Shown one piece after another: positions 38,964-49,459 of a DNA stretch of 64,000 nucleotides. Source of the stretch: Sphingomonadaceae bacterium (lineage in GTDB: Bacteria > Chloroflexota > UBA6077); NCBI GenBank assembly GCA_050261575.1, contig JBLNDL010000050.1:1-64000 (forward strand), read 5' to 3'. The stretch's first letter is position 1; each line of letters starts with the position of its first letter. The notes under the pieces are model-generated. The model had not been told where the DNA came from. It saw only the letters and a program-made list of their open reading frames with translations, and searched no databases. Made by a program: the position numbers and the translations under genes.

Positions 38964-40256
38964 TTGATACCCAAGTACTCTCTTCCGGAGATGAGCCGCA
39001 TCTGGTCGGAAGAGAACAAGATGGACAAGTGGCTGGCGGTGGAGATCGCGGTCTGCGAGGGTTGGGCTGAATTGGGTGTCGTGCCCCGGCAGGCCCTGGA
39101 GTCGATCCGAAAGGCCCGCTACGACCTGAAGCGGATCGAGGAGATCATGGCGGTCAGCCATCACGACGTGATCTCCTTCCTGCGCTCGGTAGCCGAAAGC
39201 CTGGGGGATGAGTCGCGCTTCATCCATCTAGGGCTGACCTCCTCGGACGTCGTCGACACCGCACTGTCTCTCCAACTGTTGGACGCCATAGCGCTGATCC
39301 GCCGGGATCTGGAGAGACTGGAGTCGGTCCTCGCCCGACAGGCGGTCCGCTACAAGGACACCGTGATGATCGGCCGGACCCACGGCATTCACGCCGAGCC
39401 CACCACCTTCGGCTTCAAGCTGGCCGTGTGGGTTGCCGAGACCCGGCGCAACATCCGGCGGCTGGACGAGGCACGTGAGCAGGTCGCCGTCGGCAAGATC
39501 TCGGGCGCCGTCGGCACCCACGCCAATGTCCCGCCCGAGGTGGAGGAGTACGTCTGCGCGAAGCTGGGCCTCAAGCCGGTGGAGGTCTCCACCCAGATCA
39601 TCCAGCGCGACCGCCACGCCTACCTGATGGCCACCCTGGCCGTCATCGCCTCCTCCATGGAGAAGATGGCGGTGGAGATCCGAGCCCTGCAGCGAACCGA
39701 CATCGGGGAGGTCGCCGAGCCCTTCACCGAGGGGCAGCAGGGCTCCTCCGCCATGCCGCACAAGCGGAACCCGGAGCTGGCCGAGCGCGTGACCGGCATC
39801 GCCCGCCTGGTGCGCGGCTACTCGATGCCGGCCATGGAAAACGTGGCGCTCTGGCACGAGCGAGACATCAGCCACTCCTCCGTCGAGCGGGTGATCTTCC
39901 CCGACGCCTTCCTCGCCCTGGACTACGGCCTGCAGATCTTCACCGACATCATGGATCGCCTGGACGTCTTCCCCGAGCGGATGAAGGAGAACCTGGAATC
40001 CACCCGCGGGCTGGTATACTCCGGTCGGGTGCTCACGGCCCTCATCGAGAAGGGGATGAAGCGTCAGGACGCCTACCAGTTGGTCCAACGAAACGCCAAG
40101 CGGGTCTGGGCCGATCGCGTCGAGTTCTACGAGTTGCTCGTGGCCGATCCCGACGTTCGCCGGTACCTCAGCGAAGACGAACTCTCGGAGCTGTTCGACT
40201 ACGCCTGGCACCTTCGCTACATCGACGTAGGGTTCAAGAGGTTGGGATTGATATGA
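38964..40256 (+). CDS. purB: Adenylosuccinate lyase
   Basis: HLGLTSSD, GRTHG, GSSAMPHKRNP, WHERDISHSSVER; TTG start after GAGGAGG. Confidence 0.96.
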   Translation: MIPKYSLPEMSRIWSEENKMDKWLAVEIAVCEGWAELGVVPRQALESIRKARYDLKRIEEIMAVSHHDVISFLRSVAESLGDESRFIHLGLTSSDVVDTALSLQLLDAIALIRRDLERLESVLARQAVRYKDTVMIGRTHGIHAEPTTFGFKLAVWVAETRRNIRRLDEAREQVAVGKISGAVGTHANVPPEVEEYVCAKLGLKPVEVSTQIIQRDRHAYLMATLAVIASSMEKMAVEIRALQRTDIGEVAEPFTEGQQGSSAMPHKRNPELAERVTGIARLVRGYSMPAMENVALWHERDISHSSVERVIFPDAFLALDYGLQIFTDIMDRLDVFPERMKENLESTRGLVYSGRVLTALIEKGMKRQDAYQLVQRNAKRVWADRVEFYELLVADPDVRRYLSEDELSELFDYAWHLRYIDVGFKRLGLI

Positions 40257-41176
40257 GAGTGCACCCTTACCTGACTGGCGCCGCACCGGCGCCGGAGCCT
40301 GTGGCCAAGACGATCTTGCCGGGGATCCCCCTGTTTGCCCAGGGCAAGGTGCGCGACATTTACGATCTGGGAGATCGGTTGCTGCTGGTGGCTTCCGATA
40401 GGATCTCGGCCTTCGACGTGGTCATGAACGAGCCGATCCCAGGCAAGGGGATAGTGCTCACCACCCTCTCGGCCCACTGGTTCGAGGCGACCGCGGATCT
40501 GCTGCCGAGCCACTACATCTCCATCGATCCAGCGGACTTCCCGCCCGAGTTGCGGCCGTTCGCGGACCAGTTGTTCGGACGCGCCATGCTGGTGAAGCGG
40601 GCCGAACGCATCGACGTCGAGTGCGTGGTGCGGGGCTACATCTCCGGCTCCGCCTGGAGCGAGTACCAGAAGAGCGGCACCGTGGCGGGGATCAGGATGC
40701 CGGAGGGGCTGCGGGAGTCGGACAAGCTGGAGCACCCCATCTTCACCCCGGCCACCAAGTCGGACTCGGGCCACGATATCAACATCTCCGTGCAGGAGAT
40801 GAAGGGGCTGGTGGGAGCCGATCTCACCGAGACCCTGGTGCGCAAGAGCATCGACCTCTACAGCTTCGCGGAGGAGCGGGCACGCTCGCGCGGGATCATC
40901 CTGGCGGACACCAAGTTCGAGTTCGGCTTGCTGAACGGCCAGGTGATCCTGATCGACGAGGTGTGCACGCCGGATTCCTCCCGCTTCTGGCCCGCCGACG
41001 GCTACGCGCCGGGCGGCCCGCAGCCCAGCTTCGACAAGCAGTTCCTGCGGGACTACCTGGTGAGTGTGGGATGGGGCAAGGAGCCGCCCCCGCCGCCCTT
41101 GCCTCGGGAAGTGGTGGCTAAGACGGCGGAGAAGTATCGAGAGGCATATGTCAGAATTGCGGGGATTGGGGGGTAA
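40253..41176 (+). CDS. purC: SAICAR synthetase
   Basis: GKVRDIY, SDRISAFD, ECVVRGY, ADTKFEFG, TPDSSRFW, DKQFLR. Confidence 0.96.
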   Translation: MRVHPYLTGAAPAPEPVAKTILPGIPLFAQGKVRDIYDLGDRLLLVASDRISAFDVVMNEPIPGKGIVLTTLSAHWFEATADLLPSHYISIDPADFPPELRPFADQLFGRAMLVKRAERIDVECVVRGYISGSAWSEYQKSGTVAGIRMPEGLRESDKLEHPIFTPATKSDSGHDINISVQEMKGLVGADLTETLVRKSIDLYSFAEERARSRGIILADTKFEFGLLNGQVILIDEVCTPDSSRFWPADGYAPGGPQPSFDKQFLRDYLVSVGWGKEPPPPPLPREVVAKTAEKYREAYVRIAGIGG

Positions 41177-41251
41177 TCATGGGGCAGTTCGATGATGCCA
41201 TGACCCTCACCCCAACCCTCTCCCGGGGGGAAATGGGGGTGGAGGCGCATC

Positions 41252-41500
41252 ATGTGGCTCGCTAAGGTCCACGTTACCCTGAAGCCGGTGGTGCTGGATC
41301 CACAGGGCCAGGCCATCCATGGGGGGCTGCGCAGCCTCGGCTTCGATTCGGTGCAGAGCGTCCGTGCCGGCAAGTACCTGGAGATCAAGCTGGAGGCACC
41401 GGATCGCGAGGAGGCCGAGCGGCTGGTGAACGAGATGTGCGCCAAGCTGCTGGCCAACCCGGTGATCGAGGACTACCGGCTCGAGGTTGAGCAGGACTGA
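41252..41500 (+). CDS. purS: FGAM synthase subunit PurS
   Basis: VTLKPVVLDPQG, VRAGK, LLANPVIEDY. Confidence 0.95.
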   Translation: MWLAKVHVTLKPVVLDPQGQAIHGGLRSLGFDSVQSVRAGKYLEIKLEAPDREEAERLVNEMCAKLLANPVIEDYRLEVEQD

Positions 41501-41541
41501 GGGCTGAGGGCTGAGAGGGCCTGGTTCGGTATCCCGGGCCC

Positions 41542-42738
41542 TCAGTCCTCTGCCCTTCTGGCAATTCGGTTCGTCGCCAGGATCATCCCGATCGCCGCGA
41601 CGGTCGACGCCACTATGGGGCCCGCGCCCAGGCCCACGTCCAGCAGCACGCCGAAGAGCGCCGGGGCCGCGACCATCCCAAGGAGACCGCCCACCCCGCT
41701 GGCCACCGCCATCGCACGCACCCTCTGGGCAGGAGGATACGCCTCCGCCACCACCACAGGCACCAGGGTGATGTTTCCGGAGGCCCCCGCGGCCAGAACC
41801 ATCATCCCGGCCTCGAAGAGAGGACCGTAGCCGTCTACCGACATCGCCGCGCCGCCGACCACGCAAAGGAGCTGCAGGCCGAAGAGCACTCTGCGGTGCC
41901 CCCATCTGTCCGCCACGAGCCCGGCGACGATCACACCCGCCAGACCGGCCAGGCGGGAGTTCCCCACCACCGAAGCAGCCTCGGCCTGGTCGAGCCCCCA
42001 TGTCCTGACCAGGATAAGCGGCAGCATCGAGATCAGCCCCATCACCAGGATGGTGCCCACGCCGTAGGAGATGACACTGTAGACCACGGTCGCGTCCACG
42101 CTCACCCGCGCCCCCTCCCCCTGATGCCTCTTCTCCCCGCCCGGATCCTTCAGGAGGATCAGGGAGAGCAGCGCAGCGACCCCGATGGCGCACCAGGCGA
42201 GGACGGAGCCGCGCCAGTCCGTCCACAGGAGGACCACCGCCACGGCGGCAGAGCCCGCGTAGGAGCCCAGGGTGGCGGCAAGCTCGTGGACCGACAGGTA
42301 GTAGGCCTTCCGGCGCGATCCCCCCACCTCCACCAGGAGGGCCAGCCCGAGCGGAAGGTAGATGCCCACCCCGAGCCCCACCAGGAAGCCTGCTGCCAGC
42401 AGCAGCACCAGGTGGCTAGCCGTGCCGAAGAGGATCGCCCCCGCCACAGACAGCAGCACGCCCGCGACGATCCGGTTCTTCCGGTGGGACGGCAGCCATC
42501 CGGCCCACCAACTGCCGGCGCAGTATCCCAGCAGCATGCCGGAGATGACGAGGCCGGCCACGGCGTTGGAAAGCTGAAGGTCCGCGGCGATGGTGGGCAT
42601 CACCGTGTAGATGATGGCGCGGACAGAGATGGACCAGAAGAAGACAACGGAGCAGGCGATCACCGCATAGGGCGGGATCGGCCGTGCTCCCCGAAGGGAC
42701 TCAGACTCAAGGGCTTCGGGCGAAGGGCGTACGCTCAA
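41542..42738 (-). CDS. MFS transporter
   Basis: About 12 hydrophobic segments; GLVADRWGHR; TTG start after AGAGGAG. Confidence 0.85.
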   Translation of the reverse strand: MSVRPSPEALESESLRGARPIPPYAVIACSVVFFWSISVRAIIYTVMPTIAADLQLSNAVAGLVISGMLLGYCAGSWWAGWLPSHRKNRIVAGVLLSVAGAILFGTASHLVLLLAAGFLVGLGVGIYLPLGLALLVEVGGSRRKAYYLSVHELAATLGSYAGSAAVAVVLLWTDWRGSVLAWCAIGVAALLSLILLKDPGGEKRHQGEGARVSVDATVVYSVISYGVGTILVMGLISMLPLILVRTWGLDQAEAASVVGNSRLAGLAGVIVAGLVADRWGHRRVLFGLQLLCVVGGAAMSVDGYGPLFEAGMMVLAAGASGNITLVPVVVAEAYPPAQRVRAMAVASGVGGLLGMVAAPALFGVLLDVGLGAGPIVASTVAAIGMILATNRIARRAED

Positions 42739-42754
42739 CCCACTCCTCTTGCGG

Positions 42755-43354
42755 CTATACCAGCCCCTTTGTGCTGGGCACCACGTTCTCGCGGCGCGGG
42801 TCTATCTGGGTAGCCTCGTCCAGTGCCCGAGCCAGTGCCTTGAAGAGGGCCTCCATCTTGTGGTGATCGTTCTCGCCCCGGAGGACGTCGGCGTGGAGGG
42901 TGAGGCGCCCCTCCGTGGCGAACGAGCGAAGGAAGTGCTCCACCATGTCCCCACGGAACCCCCCTGCGCCTGCGGCGGAGACGCCCGCATCGACCACCGC
43001 CAGGCCCCTGCCCCCCAAGTCGACAGCGACACAGGCCAGGGCCTCGTCCATCGGGACCAGGGCGTCCCCCATTCGCCGCAGCCCCTTCCGGTCGGCCAGC
43101 GCGGAGTCCAGGGCACGCCCCAGAGCGATGGCCACGTCCTCGATGGTGTGGTGCTCGTCCACCTGGAGGTCGCCTCGGGCCCTCACGGTCAGATCGAACA
43201 GCCCGTGCTTCGCCAGTTGGGCCAGCATGTGGTCGAGAAAGCCCACGCCGGTATCGGCGCTGCACTCGCCTCGACCATCCACCACCCAGACGACCGAGAC
43301 TTCGGTTTCCGCGGTCTTCCGCGCGAAGCTACCCTCTCTTCTCACGACGTCCAT
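42755..43354 (-). CDS. hisB: Imidazoleglycerol-phosphate dehydratase
   Basis: [44 protein letters not shown]. Confidence 0.95.
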   Translation of the reverse strand: MDVVRREGSFARKTAETEVSVVWVVDGRGECSADTGVGFLDHMLAQLAKHGLFDLTVRARGDLQVDEHHTIEDVAIALGRALDSALADRKGLRRMGDALVPMDEALACVAVDLGGRGLAVVDAGVSAAGAGGFRGDMVEHFLRSFATEGRLTLHADVLRGENDHHKMEALFKALARALDEATQIDPRRENVVPSTKGLV

Positions 43355-43471
43355 CTCCACCGCCCCATCCTTCGGTTGCGTGCCCCTTTGACATGCCACA
43401 TCGGTTCCGGCCAACAGGCCAGGTCGACCTTTTGTCCCCAGAGCCCGGGTTATCCCAACCCGGGCGGTCGC

Positions 43472-43533
43472 TGGCTTCGCCTTGCCGGAAGTCGTCGCCT
43501 GTGACCCTTCGAGGTTGAGGCAGCCCCGACTCC
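43472..43533. repeat. 62-bp dispersed element, copy C
   Basis: Aligns without gaps to copies A and B. Confidence 0.75.
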
Positions 43534-43551
43534 GCGAGGCCGTGGCGTGGC

Positions 43552-44664
43552 CTATTGGATAGGCGACGCCTTCCATTCGCGCAGCGCGGCGACCACCGCG
43601 TCGGTGTGCTCCGGAAGCCCCACGCTGAATCGAACGGAGTTGAAGAGCCGCGGCTTCCTGAAGTAGCGCACGATGATGCCCCGAGATGCGAGGAAACGCA
43701 CGACCTCCTCGGCGCTCCCTTCCAGCACGTCGCACAGCAGGAAGTTGGCCTCGGAGGGGTGGACCCGCAGGAAGCCGAGGTCCGACAGCGCCAGCCGGAA
43801 CCGCTCCCGCTCCTCGACGATCCTCCTCACGTTCGACTGCAGCCGCTCGATGTCCAGCAGCGACTCCCGAACTGCGACCTGGGCCGCCACGTTCAGGTTG
43901 TAGGGCTGCTTGACCTTCCACATCTGACGGAGCACTCCCTGGGGGAAGACGCCGTATCCCACCCGTAGGCCGGCCAACCCAGCCCACTTGCTGAAGGTAC
44001 GGAGCACCACCAGGTTCGGGTGCTCGGCCACCAGGGGGACTAAGGTGGTCGTCGCAAACTCGGCGTAGGCCTCGTCCACCACCACCAGTCTGCCGGTGGC
44101 GAGCAGCCGCTCCACCTGCCATCGGGGCGCGACGTTGCCGGAGGGGTTGTTCGGCGAGGCCAGGAAGATCATGCGGGTGCGATCGGTGATCGCCCGCTCC
44201 ACCGCGGGCAGGTTGATCCCGAACTGCTCGTCTCTGGGAACCTGCACCACCCGGCCGCCGCACACCTGCGTGCTGAAGGAGTACATCCCGAAGGTTGGGG
44301 GTAGGTCTATCACCTCGTCCCCTGGCTCCAGGTAGACCCTCATGAGGGTGTCGATCAACTCGTCGGAGCCCGCGCCCAGCATGAGGCTCTCGGCTGGCGC
44401 ACCGATATGGCCCGCCAGCATGTCCCTCGTCTCCAACTGCCACGGATCCGGGTAGCGGTGGTAGGAGTGGCACTCGGCCAGGGCCATCTGAACCCTCGGG
44501 GAGCATCCATAGGGGTTCTCGTTTCCGTCGATCTTGATGATCTGCTCCGGCGGAATCCCCAGCTTCTGCGCCAGCGCCTCCGGAGTGCTGATGGGGACGT
44601 ACTCCTCCATCTCCTCCACGCAACGCCGAACCGGAGGCAACTCTGGAATGCCAGCGACGCCCAT
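43552..44664 (-). CDS. hisC: Histidinol-phosphate aminotransferase
   Basis: [41 protein letters not shown]. Confidence 0.95.
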   Translation of the reverse strand: MGVAGIPELPPVRRCVEEMEEYVPISTPEALAQKLGIPPEQIIKIDGNENPYGCSPRVQMALAECHSYHRYPDPWQLETRDMLAGHIGAPAESLMLGAGSDELIDTLMRVYLEPGDEVIDLPPTFGMYSFSTQVCGGRVVQVPRDEQFGINLPAVERAITDRTRMIFLASPNNPSGNVAPRWQVERLLATGRLVVVDEAYAEFATTTLVPLVAEHPNLVVLRTFSKWAGLAGLRVGYGVFPQGVLRQMWKVKQPYNLNVAAQVAVRESLLDIERLQSNVRRIVEERERFRLALSDLGFLRVHPSEANFLLCDVLEGSAEEVVRFLASRGIIVRYFRKPRLFNSVRFSVGLPEHTDAVVAALREWKASPIQ

Positions 44665-44686
44665 TATGCATGTACCTCCAACGAAA

Positions 44687-44893
44687 TGTAGCCTCAGGCT
44701 TCGGCGTGCGCGTTCCTCGGGGAGAGGCGTCATCATCCTCTTCGAGGCTACGCGCACCCTTCAGGATGCGGCTACGTCCGCGAGGCCTCTCCGAAGGATC
44801 CACTTCGAGGCCGCGCGCACCCTACAACGCGCGATCCATGTTGGGAACATCGGCCTACTCGAACGTGCATCACGCGCCAACGGGTGCGGCTAC
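44687..44893. repeat. GTAG-type REP-like cluster between hisD and hisC
   Basis: tgtagcctcaggcttcggcgtgcg ... cgcacccttcaggatgcggctac; direct repeat cttcgaggc(ta/cg)cgcgcaccct; gggtgcggctac. Confidence 0.6.
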
Positions 44894-46239
44894 AGCTCAC
44901 CCTCATCCAGCCGCCTCTGGATCGACGCGGCGTGGGCGTCCAGACCCTCCGCCAGCGCCATCCGCACCGCCGCCGGGCCCAGATCGCGCAGCCCCGTGGG
45001 ACTGACGGCGAACAGGCTGCTCACCTTCACGAAATCGTCCACCGTGAGCGGCGAGGAGAAGCGGGCGCTTCCCCCCGTCGGCATGACGTGGCTCGGCCCG
45101 GCCACGTAATCCCCCAGCGCCTCCACCGACGACGCCCCCAGGAAGACCCCACCGGCGGCTCGTACCGAGTCCAGCAGCGACCAGGGCTCGGCCACCTCCA
45201 GGCAGAGATGCTCGGGAGCGTACTCGTTAGCCATCGCAACGGCCTCCTCCAGGCTCTCCACCACCACCACGACACCCCGAGACTCCAGCGACTCACGGGC
45301 GACGGACGCTCGACGAAGAGTCTCCAACTGCCTCTCGATCTCCTCGGGCAACCGCTCCACCAGCCCAGCCGAGGTAGTGATCAACACCGGCTGGGCCAGC
45401 GGGTCGTGCTCGGCTTGGGCCAGAAGGTCCGCCGCGACATGCTCCGGATCGGCCGAGCCATCGGCCACGATCAGCGTCTCCGTAGGGCCGGTGATGGCGT
45501 CGATCCCCACCACGCCGGCCACCATCCTCTTCGCCAGGGCGACGAAGATGTTCCCGGGCCCCAGGATCTTGTCCACCCGCGGGATCGACTCGGTGCCGTA
45601 GGCCATGGCCGCGATGGCCTGAGCGCCGCCCACCTTGTAGAGGGCGGAGACGCCGGCCACGTCGGCAGCCGCCAGCACCACTTCCGGAACCTTCCCGTCC
45701 CTGGATGGGGGAGTGGCGACGATCACCTCCTCCACGCCCGCAGCCCGAGCCGGAAGCGCAGACATCAGCAGCGAGCTGGGGTAGGTGGCGGTGCCGCCGG
45801 GGACGTAGAGCCCCACCCGCGCAAGGGGGCGAACGATCTGCCCGAAGACGCCGGATGGCGAAGTCTCGAACCAGGAGCGCCGGGTCGACTTGCGGTGGAA
45901 CTCCAGGATCCGCTCCGCCGCTACCTCGAAGGCGGCGAGCAACTCCGGATCGATCCTTCGGCGGGCGGCAGACATCTCGGAGCGGTCCACCCGCACCGGA
46001 GACGGGAAACCGCCGTCGATCAGCCGGCAGTAGCGCTCCAGGGCGGCGTCCCCCTCCTCGCGGATGGCCGAGACGATTCGCTCCACCACCTGGAGGGGGG
46101 TCAGCGGCTCGCCGAAGCTGGCCTGGATCCTCTTGGCGAGGCTGGGCGGGGCAGCCAACTGGTCCAGATTCCGGCCGGCCAGCAGCAGCCGCAGCCCCTC
46201 CTCCTTCGAGCGCGCGATACGCAACTCTATCATAGCCAT
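44890..46239 (-). CDS. hisD: Histidinol dehydrogenase
   Basis: YVPGG, GGAQAIAA, GPGN, DLLAQAEHD, YAPEHL, GDYVAGPSHVMPT. Confidence 0.96.
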   Translation of the reverse strand: MAMIELRIARSKEEGLRLLLAGRNLDQLAAPPSLAKRIQASFGEPLTPLQVVERIVSAIREEGDAALERYCRLIDGGFPSPVRVDRSEMSAARRRIDPELLAAFEVAAERILEFHRKSTRRSWFETSPSGVFGQIVRPLARVGLYVPGGTATYPSSLLMSALPARAAGVEEVIVATPPSRDGKVPEVVLAAADVAGVSALYKVGGAQAIAAMAYGTESIPRVDKILGPGNIFVALAKRMVAGVVGIDAITGPTETLIVADGSADPEHVAADLLAQAEHDPLAQPVLITTSAGLVERLPEEIERQLETLRRASVARESLESRGVVVVVESLEEAVAMANEYAPEHLCLEVAEPWSLLDSVRAAGGVFLGASSVEALGDYVAGPSHVMPTGGSARFSSPLTVDDFVKVSSLFAVSPTGLRDLGPAAVRMALAEGLDAHAASIQRRLDEGEL

Positions 46240-46464
46240 CAGCCTTCAGCTATTAGCCTTCAGCCTTCAACTACCAGCCAATGCTAGCCATAGCGGCCAC
46301 AACGGCAGCCCTCTACCGGAAAGAAGGCAGCCTACGAGCAGCTCCTAAGCGGGGAAACTGAAGAAAGGGGGCGTCCTTGCCGATATTCAGTAATGGAGCC
46401 GATGGCTGATGTCTGAAAGCCATATTGCATTGTAGCATTTCGAGCAGAAAAGGTGTAGCGAGCC

Positions 46465-46494
46465 TTGCCGCTGGTTTCCAGGCGATGTTATACT
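46465..46494 (+). promoter_or_regulatory. Promoter of the two-component operon
   Basis: TTGCCG-18-TATACT with extended -10 TG. Confidence 0.6.
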
Positions 46495-46512
46495 CCTGCG
46501 TAAGCGTAACGA

Positions 46513-47607
46513 GTGGCCCAACCCCAACTGGTGATCAGCGTGCACGAAGACGATCAAAGGCTGCTAACTGCGGCTCACGCGGCGGTGCAGGATGCGCAGC
46601 GGAAGCTGTGCGGCCTCGCCGAGGAAGCCCGGGCGCAGTACCAGCAACGGCTGGACGAATGGGAAGAGTGCAGGCGCTCGCTAGAGGATCTGGCGGAGTT
46701 GCTGAACACCTCGGGGAACCTGGTAGAAGTAGACTCCCAGCCCGATGCCAACCAAGAGGCCCGCGTCGGACTGCTTGAGCGCGAGGCACAGCTCAGGGAG
46801 AGGCACGGCGAGCTTGCGGAGAAGGTGTACCGGCTCCAGCGGTCGCAGCGGCTGCTGAATACCACCATCCGGCGGCTAGAGAAGGAAGGCTCTCGTCTGC
46901 TGCGAGAGGAAGACGGCAGACTGGCCACCACCGAGGATGAGGAGCAGCCCGCCGACTGCCACGAGCGGATCCTCCAGGCCCACGAGCAGGAGAGGTTCAG
47001 GCTGGCGCGAGAGATCCACGACGGACCGGCGCAGATCCTGGCCAACGCGATCTTCGAGATGGAGCTGTTCGAGCGGCTCGTGGAGCAAGACCCGACGGCG
47101 CTGAGGGAGCAGTTGGGCCGTCTGAAGTCGGATATGCGCGACGGCCTCAGCGAGGTACGCAGGTTCATCTTCGACCTCCGTCCGCTATCCCTGGATGAGA
47201 GGGGGTTCTTCGAGGCGCTGCGGGGCTACCTCGAGGCATTCGGGAAGCACTTCGGCATCGCCTTGGAGGTAAGACTGCCGAAAAGCCAGTTGCGGTTGCC
47301 CAGCAGCAAGGAGGTGGCGATCTTCCGCATCGTCCAGGAGGCAGTGCAGAACGTGCAGAAGCACGCGGCCGCCACCAGGATCGTCGTCGTGGGCAAGATC
47401 ACCCCCGCGGTGCTGGAGTTGTCCATCGAGGACAACGGTCGCGGTTTCGTTCCGGAGGAGGTGGCGAGCCGGCAGTCCAGGAATCTCGGCCTGATCAGCA
47501 TGCGGGAACGGGCGACGTTGATCGACGCCCAACTGGACATCGCATCCTCCCCGAATGAGGGAACCAGCATCTCCCTGGTGGTGCCACTCGGTCCAAACAC
47601 CAGGTAG
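46513..47607 (+). CDS. Soluble DegS-like HisKA_3 sensor histidine kinase
   Basis: Coiled-coil-like N-terminus, no TM segment; ERFRLAREIHDGPAQ, FDLRP, QEAVQNVQKH, DNGRGF, LGLISMRER. Confidence 0.92.
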   Translation: MAQPQLVISVHEDDQRLLTAAHAAVQDAQRKLCGLAEEARAQYQQRLDEWEECRRSLEDLAELLNTSGNLVEVDSQPDANQEARVGLLEREAQLRERHGELAEKVYRLQRSQRLLNTTIRRLEKEGSRLLREEDGRLATTEDEEQPADCHERILQAHEQERFRLAREIHDGPAQILANAIFEMELFERLVEQDPTALREQLGRLKSDMRDGLSEVRRFIFDLRPLSLDERGFFEALRGYLEAFGKHFGIALEVRLPKSQLRLPSSKEVAIFRIVQEAVQNVQKHAAATRIVVVGKITPAVLELSIEDNGRGFVPEEVASRQSRNLGLISMRERATLIDAQLDIASSPNEGTSISLVVPLGPNTR

Positions 47608-47609
47608 GA

Positions 47610-48338
47610 TTGTCATTCACCGTGGCACAGAAGACGTCCGCCAAGAGGAAGATTCGAGTCCTGGTAGTGGACGACCATCCGTTGTTCCGCCAGGGTGTCC
47701 GATGGGCACTCGAGGCCGAGCCGGACATCGAGGTCGTGGGAGAGGCCGCCGACGGTGAGCAGGCGTTGGAGATGGCCAACCAGCTCGCTCCGGACCTGGT
47801 GCTGAGCGACGTCAACATTCCGGGACCCGATGGGGTGGAGATCACTCGCGCCCTCAAGGGCGCCCTCCCCCGCACGGCGGTCATCCTCATGACCGCCTAC
47901 GACGACGAGGAGCAGCTTTTCAACGCCATTCGGGTAGGGGCATCGGCCTACTTCCTGAAGGACCTGGGGCCCCGCGAGTTGATGGATGGCATCCGGCGGG
48001 TGAGCCGCGGCGAGTATCTGATCAACGAGAACGTTCTCTCGAAGCCGATGGTGGCCTCCCGAGTGTTGAAGCAGTTCAGCGATCTGTCCTCCGATGCCGA
48101 TACCAAGGAGGTCGAGCCCCTCTTCATCCCGCTGTCCAATCGGGAGATCGAGGTGCTGGAGCAGATCGCCAAAGGCAACAGCAACAAAGAGATCGCTCGC
48201 GCGTTGAGGATCAGCGATCAGACGGTCAAGAACCACATCACCTCCATACTCAGGAAGCTGGCGGTAAACGACCGCACGCAGGCCGTGGTGTACGCGATCA
48301 AGCACGGCTGGATCAAGATGGAAGAGTTGCCAGCATAG
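47610..48338 (+). CDS. NarL/DegU-family response regulator
   Basis: VVDDH, LSDV, MTAY, LKD; HTH LSNREIEVL...SNKEIA...TVKNH. GTG 47622 is an alternative start. Confidence 0.94.
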   Translation: MSFTVAQKTSAKRKIRVLVVDDHPLFRQGVRWALEAEPDIEVVGEAADGEQALEMANQLAPDLVLSDVNIPGPDGVEITRALKGALPRTAVILMTAYDDEEQLFNAIRVGASAYFLKDLGPRELMDGIRRVSRGEYLINENVLSKPMVASRVLKQFSDLSSDADTKEVEPLFIPLSNREIEVLEQIAKGNSNKEIARALRISDQTVKNHITSILRKLAVNDRTQAVVYAIKHGWIKMEELPA

Positions 48339-48341
48339 GCC

Positions 48342-49430
48342 ATGGCGGTAACGATGTCTTCAACCGGCGCGGACTCCGATCGACTGGCCAGCGTGATCGC
48401 CTCCTTCGAACGGGAGAAGGAGGTGCTGGCGAATCAACGCCGGGAACTGGCGATCCTGATCAAGCAGGCTGTGGCCGAGATCGATCGCCTCTCCCAGCGG
48501 AACCGCGATCTCTCCTCCCAGATGCGCCAGCTACAGGCGAACATCGACGCCTTCTCCCGAGCCGAGATTCAGCAGTTGTACGCGGCCCACCAGGAAGCCC
48601 AGATGCGGCTGTTCATGATGCAGAGCCAGCTCGAGCAACTGCGCAGCCGCCAGTCCAACCTGGAGAGGACCGAGCAGTTGCTCAACAGCCTGCTGGATGT
48701 CTCCTCCTCCCTGAGAGAGAGAAGCGATGGCACTGCGACGGTTGCCGGTGTCGATGGGGCTGTGCGCCAGCCTGAGACCGGCAGCGATGCTGCCCGCCAG
48801 CCCCTGTCCTCGATCGAGCTGGCCTACCACCGCATCTCTCGGGAGCTGCAGGATGGACCGGCCCAGGCCCTCAGCGACTTGATCCTGCGAGCCGAGGTGA
48901 GCGAACGGCTGGTGCAGGTGGACTGGCAGAAGGCGGAGGAGGAGATTGCCGCCCTCAGGCAGGCCGCCACTTCCGCGTTGAAGTCGACCCGCCAGTTGAT
49001 CCACGAACTCCAGCCCCCTGCCCTGGAGGAGCTGGGATTGGCCATAGCGCTTCGCCGCTACGTGGAGGTGTCGCGTCCCAGCGAGCGACTCCAGATTGAT
49101 CTCCAGATCGCGGGCCTGGAGCGACGGTTGCCCCCAACCGTCGAGCTGGCGGTGTTCAGGATCGTCCAGGAGGCCCTGACCAACGCGGCCGACCACTCAG
49201 GCGCGACGCGGGCCGAGGTGCGGCTGCGCTTCGAGGCCGAGCAGGTGATCGCCACCGTCACGGACGAGGGGCGCGGCTTCGACGTGGGCGAGGCCCTAGC
49301 GGAGGCAGCCCTGAAGGATCACTCGGGGCTGGCCGACATGCAGTTGCGGGCGAGCCTGATCGGCGGCACCCTCGAGATCAGCAGCAAGGCCGGCGCCGGC
49401 TGCATGATCAGCCTGGCCGTCTCCGCGTAG
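48342..49430 (+). CDS. DegS-like HisKA_3 kinase homologue lacking the phospho-acceptor His
   Basis: RISRELQDGPAQ (H replaced by Q); QEALTN and DEGRGF retained; no TM segment. Confidence 0.88.
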   Translation: MAVTMSSTGADSDRLASVIASFEREKEVLANQRRELAILIKQAVAEIDRLSQRNRDLSSQMRQLQANIDAFSRAEIQQLYAAHQEAQMRLFMMQSQLEQLRSRQSNLERTEQLLNSLLDVSSSLRERSDGTATVAGVDGAVRQPETGSDAARQPLSSIELAYHRISRELQDGPAQALSDLILRAEVSERLVQVDWQKAEEEIAALRQAATSALKSTRQLIHELQPPALEELGLAIALRRYVEVSRPSERLQIDLQIAGLERRLPPTVELAVFRIVQEALTNAADHSGATRAEVRLRFEAEQVIATVTDEGRGFDVGEALAEAALKDHSGLADMQLRASLIGGTLEISSKAGAGCMISLAVSA

Positions 49431-49459
49431 TCCTCATTTCCGCACCCTCCCCTCTCGAT

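Noticed and set aside
42755..44803. 682-aa ORF suggesting a fused HisB
   Set aside because: Only the last ~200 aa are HisB; the rest is an off-frame read of hisC and repeat DNA.
41252..46239. purS without purQ/purL and only three his genes
   Set aside because: Split pur and his operons are common; the missing genes may lie elsewhere.
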